Notes: generated from the sequence alone by a model not told the origin. 49,219 nucleotides of DNA from Dehalococcoidia bacterium UBA2979 (GCA_002348225.1 DEAP01000012.1:1-49219); one strand, 5' to 3'; positions 8,314 to 17,799 are shown, numbered from the stretch's first letter. A program made the numbers and translations.

Positions 8314-9818
8314 TCGGGTCCGGGGATTACCTAAGTGAGAAATGCGGGATTTTTGGCGTTTATGCGCCGGACGAGGACGTGGCGAGATTAACATTTTTCG
8401 GTATCTATTCACTGCAGCATCGCGGTCAAGAGTCAGCGGGGATTGCAGCGACCGACGGAACACGGATTCGTATTGAATCAGGAATGGGCTTGGTGTCGCA
8501 GGCGTTCGACGAACAGCGACTAGCAGCTCTCCCGGGTCGATCAGCTATAGGCCACACTAGATATTCTACGACAGGCTCTACGCTGGCTTGTAATACGCAA
8601 CCTTTGTTAGTGAGCGGCATACACGGCGAGTTTGCGCTGGCCCATAATGGAAATGTGGTCAACTCAAATGAGCTGAAGGCTGCTCTGGGGCTCGAAGATT
8701 TCCCATTCGAAACCACGACAGATTCAGAGGTCTTAGCAAAGATTCTTAGCGATGGTCCGGATCTTGATTTGATGGATAGGTTTGCTTACATGATGAGGCG
8801 GGCCAATGGCGCCTATTCTCTGGCTGTTTTGACGAAGGAGGCGATTTTCGGTATCCGCGACCCATTGGGCATTCGTCCACTTTGCATTGGTAAATTGCCT
8901 ACACGAGAGGGAAGTGGTGGGGGATGGGTTATAGCCTCGGAAACTTGTGCATTGGATCATCTCGGCGCAGAGGTGATACGAGAGGTGGAGCCGGGTGAGG
9001 TAGTACGGATTGATTCCGATGGAATTTCATCTTTCTTCCCTCTCGGCACAAATGAACGATCTGACGCAGATGAGAAGCTTTGCCTGTTTGAATTCATTTA
9101 TTTTGCCAGGCCAGATTCTGTTATTTCTGGATCGCTGCTGCACGAGGTTAGAAGGAGAATGGGAGGCCGGCTTGCCCAAGAACATCCAGCGGATGCTGAT
9201 ATAGTCATCGGCGTTCCTGACTCCGCTACTCCGGCTGCAATTGGTTATGCCGAGGCGAGTGGAATTCCGTATGTCGAGGCCTTGGTAAAGAATAGATACG
9301 TTGGCCGGACATTCATCAAGCCCGACCAGAGATTAAGAGAGCGCGATGTCGAGCTGAAGCTCAATCCGTTAAAGAACGTTTTAGATGGAAAGAGAGTGCT
9401 AGTTGTTGACGATTCGATTGTCCGAGGTACCACTACTCCTAGGGTCGTTAGAATGCTGCGTGAGGCCGGCGCCATAGAGGTACACATGAGGATTTCCGCT
9501 CCACCTATTACGCACCCATGCCCGTATGGAACGGACATGGCTACTCGAGGGGAATTGATTGCCGCGCAAAATTTGTTGAAAGATGAAATGAGTGTCGATG
9601 TAGATGCTATTAGGGAACATGTTGGCGCAGACAGTCTTCGGTATATTTCCTTAGAAGGTGCGAGCTGGGCTACTAAGCGCGGGGAAGGTCACTGTTCCGG
9701 CTGTTTTACAGGTATTTATCCTTCCGAGGGGATCCCGTTACAGCTGGACAAGTTTGAGCTAGAGGATGGGCCCGATCTCGATTCGACCCCGGCTATTCTT
9801 CCACTAATTAGATCCTAA
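8310..9818 (+). CDS. purF: Amidophosphoribosyltransferase
   Basis: Propeptide then CGIFG, LQHRGQESAG, GHTRYSTTG, AHNGN, CLFEFIYFARPDS, VDDSIVRGTT, Fe-S cysteines (HPCPYG, CSGC). Confidence 0.97.
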   Translation: MIGSGDYLSEKCGIFGVYAPDEDVARLTFFGIYSLQHRGQESAGIAATDGTRIRIESGMGLVSQAFDEQRLAALPGRSAIGHTRYSTTGSTLACNTQPLLVSGIHGEFALAHNGNVVNSNELKAALGLEDFPFETTTDSEVLAKILSDGPDLDLMDRFAYMMRRANGAYSLAVLTKEAIFGIRDPLGIRPLCIGKLPTREGSGGGWVIASETCALDHLGAEVIREVEPGEVVRIDSDGISSFFPLGTNERSDADEKLCLFEFIYFARPDSVISGSLLHEVRRRMGGRLAQEHPADADIVIGVPDSATPAAIGYAEASGIPYVEALVKNRYVGRTFIKPDQRLRERDVELKLNPLKNVLDGKRVLVVDDSIVRGTTTPRVVRMLREAGAIEVHMRISAPPITHPCPYGTDMATRGELIAAQNLLKDEMSVDVDAIREHVGADSLRYISLEGASWATKRGEGHCSGCFTGIYPSEGIPLQLDKFELEDGPDLDSTPAILPLIRS

Positions 9819-10453
9819 TTGTCCATCGCCCAGTGAGGGATATCGCCTTCTACGAGATTCGAATGGCTCATATTCGCTAGTAATATGCCAAGGCTGTTGG
9901 CGGTCTTGAGGGTGCCGGGTGCCAACGATCTAGGAGAGCTTAAGCTAGCGATCTCAAATTGTTTCTGGTTATCCTTAATCAGGATTATTTGCCAACTGAC
10001 TACATCTCGTAGATCGCCTGATGCGTGCTCGGTGAGATAGTCACCCTCTATCTGAAAACGGTCAATGCGATCGAATGGAATCATTTCCTGTGTGCCGATG
10101 CCTAAACCAAAATATCTTTGTTGGACCCGGCAGGTTGATTTGTCTTTTTCCATAAGGAAATTGGTACCAGCGATAGCGTAGACCAAACTTAGGATAGTGG
10201 TGGGTCCGAAAATAATAATCACAATCAGGAGTATTCCTAGCAGCCAAAGAGGATGAGTGTCTAGGCCCAAAACAAGGACTAGTACCGCGATGGCAGTCAC
10301 ACATCCTTGGACCACAGGCCCAATGAGTGTCGCAAGGGAAGGGCGAATGACGATTTTCTCGTCATCGCAGTGAGCGTTACTCTTATGCAGTTTCAGCTGT
10401 CGATATGATGAATGATTCACTAAGTCAATGTTAGCGCTGAAGTGTTGTAGCAT
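9815..10453 (-). CDS. Hypothetical membrane protein (2 TM helices plus soluble domain)
   Basis: 212-aa ORF with two hydrophobic segments; fills the gap between purF and the Trm112-like gene. Confidence 0.6.
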   Translation of the reverse strand: MLQHFSANIDLVNHSSYRQLKLHKSNAHCDDEKIVIRPSLATLIGPVVQGCVTAIAVLVLVLGLDTHPLWLLGILLIVIIIFGPTTILSLVYAIAGTNFLMEKDKSTCRVQQRYFGLGIGTQEMIPFDRIDRFQIEGDYLTEHASGDLRDVVSWQIILIKDNQKQFEIASLSSPRSLAPGTLKTANSLGILLANMSHSNLVEGDIPHWAMDN

Positions 10454-10486
10454 GAACGGAATGTTTAGTCATGGAGACTGAGTAAT

Positions 10487-10681
10487 ATGAAAATAGATCT
10501 TCTGGAAATATTGGCCTGCCCGATGTGTAAGGCTTCATTAAAGCTTGAAACAACTTCGAAGGATGATCTGGATGTGATTGAGGGGGCACTGATCTGTGAC
10601 TCCTGTCCGGAAAAATATCCGATTGAGGAAGGCATACCGAATTTACTTCCACCGAATTTAAGAGATAGCTTGGGAGATTAG
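10487..10681 (+). CDS. Trm112-family protein
   Basis: LLEILACPMCK...LICDSC..YPIEEGIPNLLP; SD GGAG upstream. Confidence 0.88.
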   Translation: MKIDLLEILACPMCKASLKLETTSKDDLDVIEGALICDSCPEKYPIEEGIPNLLPPNLRDSLGD

Positions 10682-10685
10682 CCAC

Positions 10686-10913
10686 GTGCCGCCAGACGTA
10701 ATAACTGACCGGTCGAGATCTCTTGGTAGGATAGTGATCGCTCTCTCTCTAGCGTTGCCTTTGTTTTTACTTGTTGGAATAGCGAGGAGATCCTACTTTG
10801 TGTTGGCGATTCCGGTGCTGTTGATGGTAACAATAGTGTCGGGTGCTTCACTTTGGGCTGGTTGCACGATGGCGAACCCTGCTTCCGATGAATCGGGCAG
10901 CTACGAAAACTAA
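10686..10913 (+). CDS. Small hypothetical membrane protein (2 TM)
   Basis: 75-aa hydrophobic ORF starting 4 nt after the Trm112-like gene. Confidence 0.55.
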   Translation: MPPDVITDRSRSLGRIVIALSLALPLFLLVGIARRSYFVLAIPVLLMVTIVSGASLWAGCTMANPASDESGSYEN

Positions 10914-10920
10914 ATAGTCA

Positions 10921-11451
10921 TCACCAGTCGGGAGTAGGATATCTTTTTATAGTCAAGCGTTCACTTGGAGGACATAGGTCCCTGAGAGTTTCGATCCTAA
11001 GCCCGATGGTCTGATGCACGATTTCTGGTGCAATTTCAGCTAGTGGTACAAGAACAAAGGCCCGAGTAGCCATGTATATATGGGGAACGGTCAGTTCCTC
11101 AGAGTCAATAACTTCTCCCTCTACTATCAAAATGTCGATATCGAGGGGGCGCTCATGCCAGCGTGGTTGGTCGCTTACTCGCCCGGCCGCCTGTTCAAGT
11201 TCCTTAGCAATACCTAATATCTCCAGAGCAGGCAGATTGGTTTTAGCTGCCACTGCGGCGTTCAGGAATTTAGGCTGTTGCGTGTATCCCCAGGGCGGTG
11301 TTTCGTAAAGCGACGAACGGTGCTCAATTGTGCCGATCCGCTCCTGAATAGCAGTCAACGAGTTAGAAAGAATACTGACCCTGTCGCCTAAGTTACCCCC
11401 AATACCGAGATAAACATATCTTTCTTTTTCCTTGCTCAAATCCAGTCCCAA
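10921..11451 (-). CDS. folK: 2-amino-4-hydroxy-6-hydroxymethyldihydropteridine diphosphokinase
   Basis: YLGIGGNLGDR, SSLYETPPWG, FLNAAV, RW.ERPLDIDIL, LTVPH, R.FVLVPLAEI. Confidence 0.95.
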   Translation of the reverse strand: MGLDLSKEKERYVYLGIGGNLGDRVSILSNSLTAIQERIGTIEHRSSLYETPPWGYTQQPKFLNAAVAAKTNLPALEILGIAKELEQAAGRVSDQPRWHERPLDIDILIVEGEVIDSEELTVPHIYMATRAFVLVPLAEIAPEIVHQTIGLRIETLRDLCPPSERLTIKRYPTPDW

Positions 11452-11453
11452 CG

Positions 11454-11891
11454 TTAGTTTTCTGATTCAATTGACTCTTCAGATATTTCGCCATATTTTT
11501 TTATGTGGAAAGCTCGGACGTCCGGCTTGTTATTCTCAAGTGACACTAGGACGTAATAGGTCTCTGGAAACATTGGCTCATTGTCAGTTTCTCCTGGCGG
11601 AAAAAATGCCATACGTACATCAGTTGGTGACGGATAGGCTGCGGAAGCAACATGAGAGTGATAAATCGCAAAGAGGTCCAAATTTTCAGAATCTCTTTTC
11701 TGTTCCAGTTTCATCATCTCCAGAGGTGACATTTCATACCGATAAGGGGACGCGGCTGTGTTTGTCACTCGATGTACGGTCATTTGTCGATCAGAGCGCC
11801 CAATAAGTATCATTCCGCATGCCTCGTTTGGCAGATCGTCCATAGCGTGGTCAACCATGGCTTGCAAAATTTCGTTAGGGATATGGGCCAT
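11454..11891 (-). CDS. mec: JAB/MPN (JAMM, M67) metallopeptidase, Mec-like CysO-cysteine peptidase
   Basis: PNEACG...IYHSHVASAAYPSPTD matches the E...HxH-x7-S-x2-D JAMM motif; adjacent to cysM and cysO. Confidence 0.88.
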   Translation of the reverse strand: MAHIPNEILQAMVDHAMDDLPNEACGMILIGRSDRQMTVHRVTNTAASPYRYEMSPLEMMKLEQKRDSENLDLFAIYHSHVASAAYPSPTDVRMAFFPPGETDNEPMFPETYYVLVSLENNKPDVRAFHIKKYGEISEESIESEN

Positions 11892-11927
11892 ATCTAAAGT
11901 TTCCTTGGGATCAAAATTTGGATTGGG

Positions 11928-12893
11928 TTACCACCACAGTTTTTCACCGACTGTTTCACGAATTTCGTCGTAGTCTCGTGACCATAGGCCAGTGGATAAG
12001 TATTTCCACCCTCCGTCTGCTAGGAGGCAGACTATTTTCGTCTTAAGGTCACCGGAGGCATCCTCGTCGGAGCTGTCCGTTTTTTCCGCAGCTCTTTGGG
12101 CAGCACGTATGACAGCCCCAGCAGAGATTCCAGCAAATATTCCGGTCTTCTGAGTTAACTCTCTTGTCGTTCTGAACGAAGTTTCCGAGTCCACGACAAT
12201 TCTTCCATCGAGTACTGATTCGTCAAAAACCGGCGGAATATATCCGTCTTCCAAAGCCCTTAGACCTTGGACCAGATCCCCGGGGTGAGGAGCGGCCGCG
12301 ATCACCCTAATGTTGGGGTTGTGCTCTTTCAGGCTTCGACCAACGCCAGTCAGTGTGCCACCTGTGCCTAATCCCGACACGAACATACTTATATCCGGCA
12401 TATCGCGGACGATTTCGGGCCCAGTAGTCTCGTAATGGGCTAAGGGATTATTTTCGTTCTCATATTGAAAAGGCATGAACCACTGAGGATTATCTTGCGC
12501 CAACTGTTCGGCCATTTGCACGGCGCCGTTGGAGCCGAGGTCACCTGGCGAGAATATAATCTCGGCACCGAAAGCCTCGAGAAGTTGAATTCGCTCCTCG
12601 GAGACGGCATCAGGCATAATCACCTTGACGGGATACCCTCGCAGTGTGCCAATTAGCGCTATTGCAATTCCAGTGTTTCCTGAGCTGGGTTCTAAGATCG
12701 TTTGGCCAGGCTGCAGGGAGCCGTCTTTTTCTGCCCGGTTAATCATATACTTCGCAATTCGATCTTTTGCTGATCCAGTGGGATTTTCCCCCTCGAGTTT
12801 GGCCCAAATCTCGACGTTTTCATTCGGGGAGAGGGTAGATATATCTACAAGAGGTGTATCACCGACGCGGTCTAGTATTCCACTGAATTTCAT
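11928..12893 (-). CDS. cysM: CysO-thiocarboxylate-dependent cysteine synthase (CysM-like, PLP)
   Basis: KLEGENPTGSAKDR, EPSSGNTG, GLGTGGT, ADGGWKYLSTG and an LWW C-terminus like actinobacterial CysM. Start placed at ATG 12893. Confidence 0.85.
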   Translation of the reverse strand: MKFSGILDRVGDTPLVDISTLSPNENVEIWAKLEGENPTGSAKDRIAKYMINRAEKDGSLQPGQTILEPSSGNTGIAIALIGTLRGYPVKVIMPDAVSEERIQLLEAFGAEIIFSPGDLGSNGAVQMAEQLAQDNPQWFMPFQYENENNPLAHYETTGPEIVRDMPDISMFVSGLGTGGTLTGVGRSLKEHNPNIRVIAAAPHPGDLVQGLRALEDGYIPPVFDESVLDGRIVVDSETSFRTTRELTQKTGIFAGISAGAVIRAAQRAAEKTDSSDEDASGDLKTKIVCLLADGGWKYLSTGLWSRDYDEIRETVGEKLWW

Positions 12894-12903
12894 TTTTGAG
12901 GGG

Positions 12904-13182
12904 TCACTCCCCTCCGGCAAGGGCCGGTAGGATCGACACTGTGTCATCATCTGTCAACTCGGTATTAAGCCCATCGAGGTACCTAATATCTTCGTCATTC
13001 AAATAGATATTTACGAAACGACGTAATTCGCCATCCTCTTCCAAAATCTGGTCAGAGAACCCTGGATAAGTTTCATTGATATTCTCAATGAGACTTTTAA
13101 CCGAGTCACCAAGACTCTCGAAGCTCCGTTGGCCACCAACTAGCTTTTCTATTACGGATGTTACATTCACCGTCACTGCCAA
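12904..13182 (-). CDS. MoaD/ThiS/CysO-family sulfur carrier with a 1-aa C-terminal extension (…ALAGG-E)
   Basis: GELRRFVNIYLNDEDIRYLDGL.T.L...D.VSILPALAGG, a CysO-like signature. Confidence 0.9.
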   Translation of the reverse strand: MAVTVNVTSVIEKLVGGQRSFESLGDSVKSLIENINETYPGFSDQILEEDGELRRFVNIYLNDEDIRYLDGLNTELTDDDTVSILPALAGGE

Positions 13183-13230
13183 GGTTATGCGCCTTTCTTC
13201 TGCGTAATACTAAGTTAACTTTATTGGTGA

Positions 13231-14091
13231 TTAGGCACTAGGCATTTCAAGTGGTGGAGAACCGCAGAACACGTCATAGTCGATTAATTCTGTCACGGTC
13301 GGATTGTCTCCACAGAGCGGACAGTTTGGATCGCGTCGAAGCTTCATTGTTCTAAATTCCATAGTCAAGGCGTCTACAAGGAGAAGTTTATTCGTGAGGG
13401 GCTCACCAATGTCAAGGATCTGTTTAAAAACCTCTGTTGCTTGAATTGAACCTACGATTCCTGTTATTGCCCCCAAGACACCTGCCTCGGCGCAGGAGGG
13501 CACCATTCCTGGAGGTGGTGGGTCTGGGTATAAGCAGCGATAACAGCATTTGCCGGGTTCGTACACTGTGGCCTGGCCGTCAAACAAAAGTATTGCTCCG
13601 TCGACCAAGGTTTTATCGCTCAGGTAGCAGGCATCATTTACGAGGTATCGGGTGGCGAAGTTGTCGGCACCATTCACGACGATGTCATAATCAGCAATTA
13701 TTTCCATGGCGTTATCGGACGTGATCGGTGCATGATGCTCGATCACTGAAACGTGGGGGTTATACGCAGCGAGAGTCTCTTTTGCTGATTGAATTTTGGG
13801 TCGATCTATATCCGCAGTTTGGTGCAGTACTTGTCGCTGAAGGTTAGAGAGATCAACGACGTCGAACTCTACAATTCCAATAGTGCCGACCCCTGCCAGA
13901 GCAAGATATATGGATACTGGTCCACCTAGGCCGCCAGCTCCAACCACTAGAACTCGAGAGTTTTTCAGCTTTCTTTGTCCTGCCGGTCCCACCTGAGACA
14001 TAATGATATGCCGAGAGTATCGAGTGACTTCTTCAGGTGACAGGTTGATATTTGGGGCGCTGGAACCGTTAGATATTGCTGTCATTTTCAT
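13231..14091 (-). CDS. moeB: MoeB/ThiF-family (E1-like) sulfur-carrier adenylyltransferase, no rhodanese domain
   Basis: RYSRHII, GAGGLG, VDLSNLQRQ, DNFATRYLVNDA, CYRCLYP.PPPPG.VPSCAEAGVLG, CPLCG. Ends soon after the Zn motif. Confidence 0.92.
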   Translation of the reverse strand: MKMTAISNGSSAPNINLSPEEVTRYSRHIIMSQVGPAGQRKLKNSRVLVVGAGGLGGPVSIYLALAGVGTIGIVEFDVVDLSNLQRQVLHQTADIDRPKIQSAKETLAAYNPHVSVIEHHAPITSDNAMEIIADYDIVVNGADNFATRYLVNDACYLSDKTLVDGAILLFDGQATVYEPGKCCYRCLYPDPPPPGMVPSCAEAGVLGAITGIVGSIQATEVFKQILDIGEPLTNKLLLVDALTMEFRTMKLRRDPNCPLCGDNPTVTELIDYDVFCGSPPLEMPSA

Positions 14092-14183
14092 TCCATTTTC
14101 TACAAATAACCCAGTTCGGTCTTATAGGGTAACTGCTCAGTGCGCTCGATGGGAATAGGGTTCTTGTTGGATTCCGCCTATGT

Positions 14184-14465
14184 TCACATGGTTCCTCCCG
14201 CTAGAGCCGGGATAATTGCAAGCTGGTCACCTGATCTAACTTTAGTTTGGAGACCTTCGATCTCATGAATTTCCTGGTTATTAAGGTAGATATTTATGTG
14301 TCCCGGTAGCTTGTGCTGTTCATCAAAAACGAGATGAGAGAATCCTGGATACTGATCTTCTATTGATTCAAGTATGTCTTCCACCGTATTTCCGACCGCA
14401 GAAATATAGTCTTTACTCCCAGTGATAGATCGGAATGGTGATGGTATATATATGCTTACCGACAT
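14184..14465 (-). CDS. MoaD/ThiS-family sulfur carrier with a 2-aa C-terminal extension (…ALAGG-TM)
   Basis: IYIPSPFR, HINIYLN, GDQLAIIPALAGG. Confidence 0.9.
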   Translation of the reverse strand: MSVSIYIPSPFRSITGSKDYISAVGNTVEDILESIEDQYPGFSHLVFDEQHKLPGHINIYLNNQEIHEIEGLQTKVRSGDQLAIIPALAGGTM

Positions 14466-14469
14466 TGCA

Positions 14470-15417
14470 TCAGGTTAGTGGCACCGTTAGGTATCGCTCC
14501 CCGGTATCGCAGAGCATTGTGACGATGGTTTGCTCAGGAGTTAATCGGGCAGCGACTTCAATCGAAGCATGCACATTTGCTCCTGCGGAAATGCCAACGA
14601 GCAGACCTTCCTCTTTTGCTAAGCGGGCAGTCATATCGATCGCCTCTTTATCAGACACACAGATGACCTCAGAATAGGCTGACGTGTCCAGGACTGACGG
14701 TACGAAGGATGCTCCCATTCCTTGGAGTTGATGTAGGCCTGGCCGCCCTCCTGAGAGAACGGGTGAACTTGCCGGTTCTACTGCTATGACCGCGCAGTCC
14801 AGATTAGCCTCAGCCAGCGCACGTGCGACACCTGTAATGGTTCCACCTGACCCTACTCCAGCCACAAATGCATCTATCTTTGATTCTGTCGCTGATATTA
14901 TTTCAGGACCTGTAGTCAGGTAATGAATTTCTGGGTTAGCGGGATTATCAAACTGCTGAAGCATCGTGTAGCCTTCATTTTGTACGAGTTCTTGAGCTTT
15001 AAAAACGGCCCCAGTCATACCTTCTATGGCAGGAGTGACGACGACCTTTGCGCCTAGTCTCTTGAGAAGCTCTCGCCGTTCAACGCTCATATCCTCCGGC
15101 ATCGTCAGGACCAGTTGGTACCCTTTATATGAGCACACCATCGCCAGGCCGATACCGGTGTTACCCGATGTGGGTTCTACGAGAGTAGCGCCCTTGGTAA
15201 TCAGTCCACTATTTTCGGCAGACTCAACCATCGCCTTTGCGATTCGATCCTTTACCGATCCTGCGGGGTTGAATGATTCTACTTTCCCGAGGATTGTTGC
15301 CCCGTTAGGGGGCGACATCTTGCTGAGTTGTACCAGAGGTGTATTACCTATGAGATCCAGTACTGATGAAGCGACAGAGGGTTTCGCGTGACTGGGATTA
15401 GCTTTTTGTTTCTTCAT
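14470..15417 (-). CDS. cysK: Cysteine synthase A (O-acetylserine sulfhydrylase)
   Basis: LIGNTPLV, ESFNPAGSVKDR, EPTSGNTGIGLA, QQFDNPANP, GVGSGGT, GISAGAN, DTGERYL. Confidence 0.93.
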   Translation of the reverse strand: MKKQKANPSHAKPSVASSVLDLIGNTPLVQLSKMSPPNGATILGKVESFNPAGSVKDRIAKAMVESAENSGLITKGATLVEPTSGNTGIGLAMVCSYKGYQLVLTMPEDMSVERRELLKRLGAKVVVTPAIEGMTGAVFKAQELVQNEGYTMLQQFDNPANPEIHYLTTGPEIISATESKIDAFVAGVGSGGTITGVARALAEANLDCAVIAVEPASSPVLSGGRPGLHQLQGMGASFVPSVLDTSAYSEVICVSDKEAIDMTARLAKEEGLLVGISAGANVHASIEVAARLTPEQTIVTMLCDTGERYLTVPLT

Positions 15418-15439
15418 TATTGGAAACCTCGATCAACGT

Positions 15440-15883
15440 TTAGATGAGATAACGCGGGGCAGTTGTTTCCTCCGCTTGTTGTTCAGCTTCAGCTAAATCA
15501 TGCAGCGATATTGAACTCAGCCTTGCCTTCATGTCATCATAAATTCCCTGCCAGACCCAGCGCTGGCCAGTCGCATCATTTGCGGCTGATGCATTATCTT
15601 GATCCAAGTTAGCCATCGGGGATAATGATCCCTCGAGGGTTTCAAGCAAGGCAAAGAGCGTAATATCTTTAGGATCGACAGCCAGAGAATGCCCTCCGCC
15701 AGGACCTCTGACCGAGTTGATGAATCCGGCGCGCCTAAGCAGCCCTAATAATTGATCGAGATACGCCTCCGGGATTTGTCTCCTAGTGGCAATGGCGGAG
15801 CGCGCGACAGGACTGCCGTTATTCAGCCTAGCCAAGTCAATCATTGCTCGAACGCCGTAATCTCCTTTTGTTGCTATTAGCAT
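15440..15883 (-). CDS. Rrf2-family regulator, CymR-like (no Fe-S cysteines)
   Basis: TKGDYGVRAM, YLDQLL..LRRAG.I.SVRGPGGG. No Cys. C-terminus RYLI. ATG 15883 follows GGAGG. Confidence 0.88.
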   Translation of the reverse strand: MLIATKGDYGVRAMIDLARLNNGSPVARSAIATRRQIPEAYLDQLLGLLRRAGFINSVRGPGGGHSLAVDPKDITLFALLETLEGSLSPMANLDQDNASAANDATGQRWVWQGIYDDMKARLSSISLHDLAEAEQQAEETTAPRYLI

Positions 15884-15966
15884 TTCTACCTCCACACAGG
15901 GACTCTTTCCGCTATAGACGCTAGCACAGAGAGCCTTGTTTATGTGAAGCCGGTTGTTAGATCGAT

Positions 15967-16239
15967 TTAGCCGCCCGCAACGGCGGGGACTATACTTACC
16001 TCGTCATCGTCCCTTACAGGGGAATCGAGACCATCCAGGAAGCGTACATCTTCTCCGTTGATAAAGACATTCACAAAGCGTCTTAATTCGTCATTCTCGT
16101 CGAGCAATCTCTCTGCGATGCCGGGATGGGAATTTTCCATTTCGGCTATTAACTCTTTGAGATTGGACGCATTTGCTACGATGGTGTCTTCGTCGTTGGT
16201 CAAAGACCGCAGGGGGGTGGGGATTTTGATGGATGCCAT
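15967..16239 (-). CDS. MoaD/ThiS/CysO-family sulfur carrier ending in a free GG
   Basis: IKIPTPLR, ELRRFVNVFINGEDVRFLDGL, EVSIVPAVAGG-stop. Start ATG 16239. Confidence 0.92.
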   Translation of the reverse strand: MASIKIPTPLRSLTNDEDTIVANASNLKELIAEMENSHPGIAERLLDENDELRRFVNVFINGEDVRFLDGLDSPVRDDDEVSIVPAVAGG

Positions 16240-16246
16240 GAGTGCC

Positions 16247-16495
16247 CTAGCCCTCCACCACATCGCCGATAGTTGCATCGGGATCAACTTGGACACCGTT
16301 GGCTTGGGCCCAAGCCAAGGCCTTGGCTATTTCGTCAGGATCACCTTCAAGCCCGAGCATGACCCAACCGATATCCGATGTTATATCAGCCATGCGAATA
16401 TTGGTCACCACGTTAAATTCGTGCCCCATCTTGTATATCAAAGGTTCGCGGATTTTGTCGTTTAAGAAAGTCAGCTTTACTCGTCTTTCGGGCAT
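16247..16495 (-). CDS. Stand-alone NIL domain protein
   Basis: VKLTF....IREPLIY.MGHEF.VVTNIRMADI...GWV.L.LEG...I.KAL.W....GV.V matches the NIL (MetN C-terminal-like) pattern. Confidence 0.85.
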   Translation of the reverse strand: MPERRVKLTFLNDKIREPLIYKMGHEFNVVTNIRMADITSDIGWVMLGLEGDPDEIAKALAWAQANGVQVDPDATIGDVVEG

Positions 16496-16503
16496 GATAT
16501 GGA

Positions 16504-17751
16504 TTACCTTACATTCTGGCTCGAGCGTTGAGCTGTTTCTTTTTCGAATGCTGTTGCGTTTGCCTCAACCAACATAGCATTGTTAGCTACTTCAGAAACA
16601 GCCTCGACGGTTTTAAGTCCTCCACCAGAGATCACGGCAACAACTTCCTCCGAGGAATGTATTGCACCTGACTGCACTAATTTTTTCAGGCAGGCAATAG
16701 TTACTCCGCCCGCTGTTTCCGCAAAAATTCCTTCTGTTTCAGCTAAAAGATTGATAGCTTCAATGATTTCTTCATCAGTAGCGGACTCAGCGTGGCCATT
16801 GGTTTCTTCCATTTGCTTTAGCGCGTAGTAGCCGTCAGCGGGGTTACCGATCGCCAATGATTTAGCGATTGTATTGGGTTTTTGAGGTACGAAGGTGAAC
16901 GTATTATTCTTGTAGGCGGTCGAGATTGGGGAGCAACCTAGCGCCTGAGCACCGGACATGCGGGTGTTTGGCTCCTCTATTAGGCCAATCTTATGTAGTT
17001 CTTGTAGACTCTTCCATATTTTTGTGTACATGGAGCCAGAGGCCATAGGTGCGATGATATGTGAGGGAGCTCGCCAGCCCAGCTGTTCACATATTTCGTA
17101 GCCGAGAGTCTTTGACCCCTCTGAGTAGTAGGGTCGCACATTTATATTCACGAATGCCCAATGTTTTTTCATTGATAGTTCGGTGCACAGACGGTTTACG
17201 TCGTCATAGGAACCATTTACTTTAACTAAATTCGGAGCGTAGATCGCAGAACCAACAATTTTGCCCTGTTCAAGATCCGAGGGTATGAAAACGTATGCGT
17301 CCATTTGTGCCGCGGCTGCGTGCGCGGCGACGGAGTTGGCGAGGTTCCCAGTGGATGCACAGGCTATGGCATCGAACCCGAATTCTCTTGCACGAGCGAT
17401 TGCAATTGACACGACTCGATCTTTGAACGACCAGGTCGGATTCACAGTGTCATTTTTCAGCCAGAGGTTGGATAGGCCAAGCACCTTTGCTAGTCGGTCA
17501 GCCTTGATCAATGGCGTGAATCCCGCACCGAGATCAATTTTATATTTGGGTGAGCATGGGAGGAGCGGTGAGTATCTCCATAACGAGTTGGGGCCAGCTT
17601 CCACTCCGGCCACCGACATAGCCTCTCGGATGTCTTCGTATCGATAATTCACTTCCAACGGGCCAAAACAAAATTCGCAGGCAAAAATCGGCTCGAGCCC
17701 ATACTCACGGCCGCATTCCCGGCATTTCAATCCGTCACAATACGAGTCCAT
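16504..17751 (-). CDS. Threonine synthase-like fold-type II PLP enzyme (ThrC2 type, linked to a sulfur carrier)
   Basis: N-terminal CRECG…CEFCFGPL, NPTWSFKDR (PLP Lys), ASTGN, NVRPYYSEGSKT, AETAGGVT. Confidence 0.9.
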   Translation of the reverse strand: MDSYCDGLKCRECGREYGLEPIFACEFCFGPLEVNYRYEDIREAMSVAGVEAGPNSLWRYSPLLPCSPKYKIDLGAGFTPLIKADRLAKVLGLSNLWLKNDTVNPTWSFKDRVVSIAIARAREFGFDAIACASTGNLANSVAAHAAAAQMDAYVFIPSDLEQGKIVGSAIYAPNLVKVNGSYDDVNRLCTELSMKKHWAFVNINVRPYYSEGSKTLGYEICEQLGWRAPSHIIAPMASGSMYTKIWKSLQELHKIGLIEEPNTRMSGAQALGCSPISTAYKNNTFTFVPQKPNTIAKSLAIGNPADGYYALKQMEETNGHAESATDEEIIEAINLLAETEGIFAETAGGVTIACLKKLVQSGAIHSSEEVVAVISGGGLKTVEAVSEVANNAMLVEANATAFEKETAQRSSQNVR

Positions 17752-17799
17752 TATTAAAATACTTTCCTAAGTTGGTTTAGTGGTTGGCTTAAGTTAAGG

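Noticed and set aside
11454-16239. Ubl + E1 + JAB genes as a bacterial ubiquitination or anti-phage system
   Set aside because: No E2 or E3 is present. The carriers are CysO/MoaD-like and interleaved with cysteine synthases, so sulfur transfer explains them.
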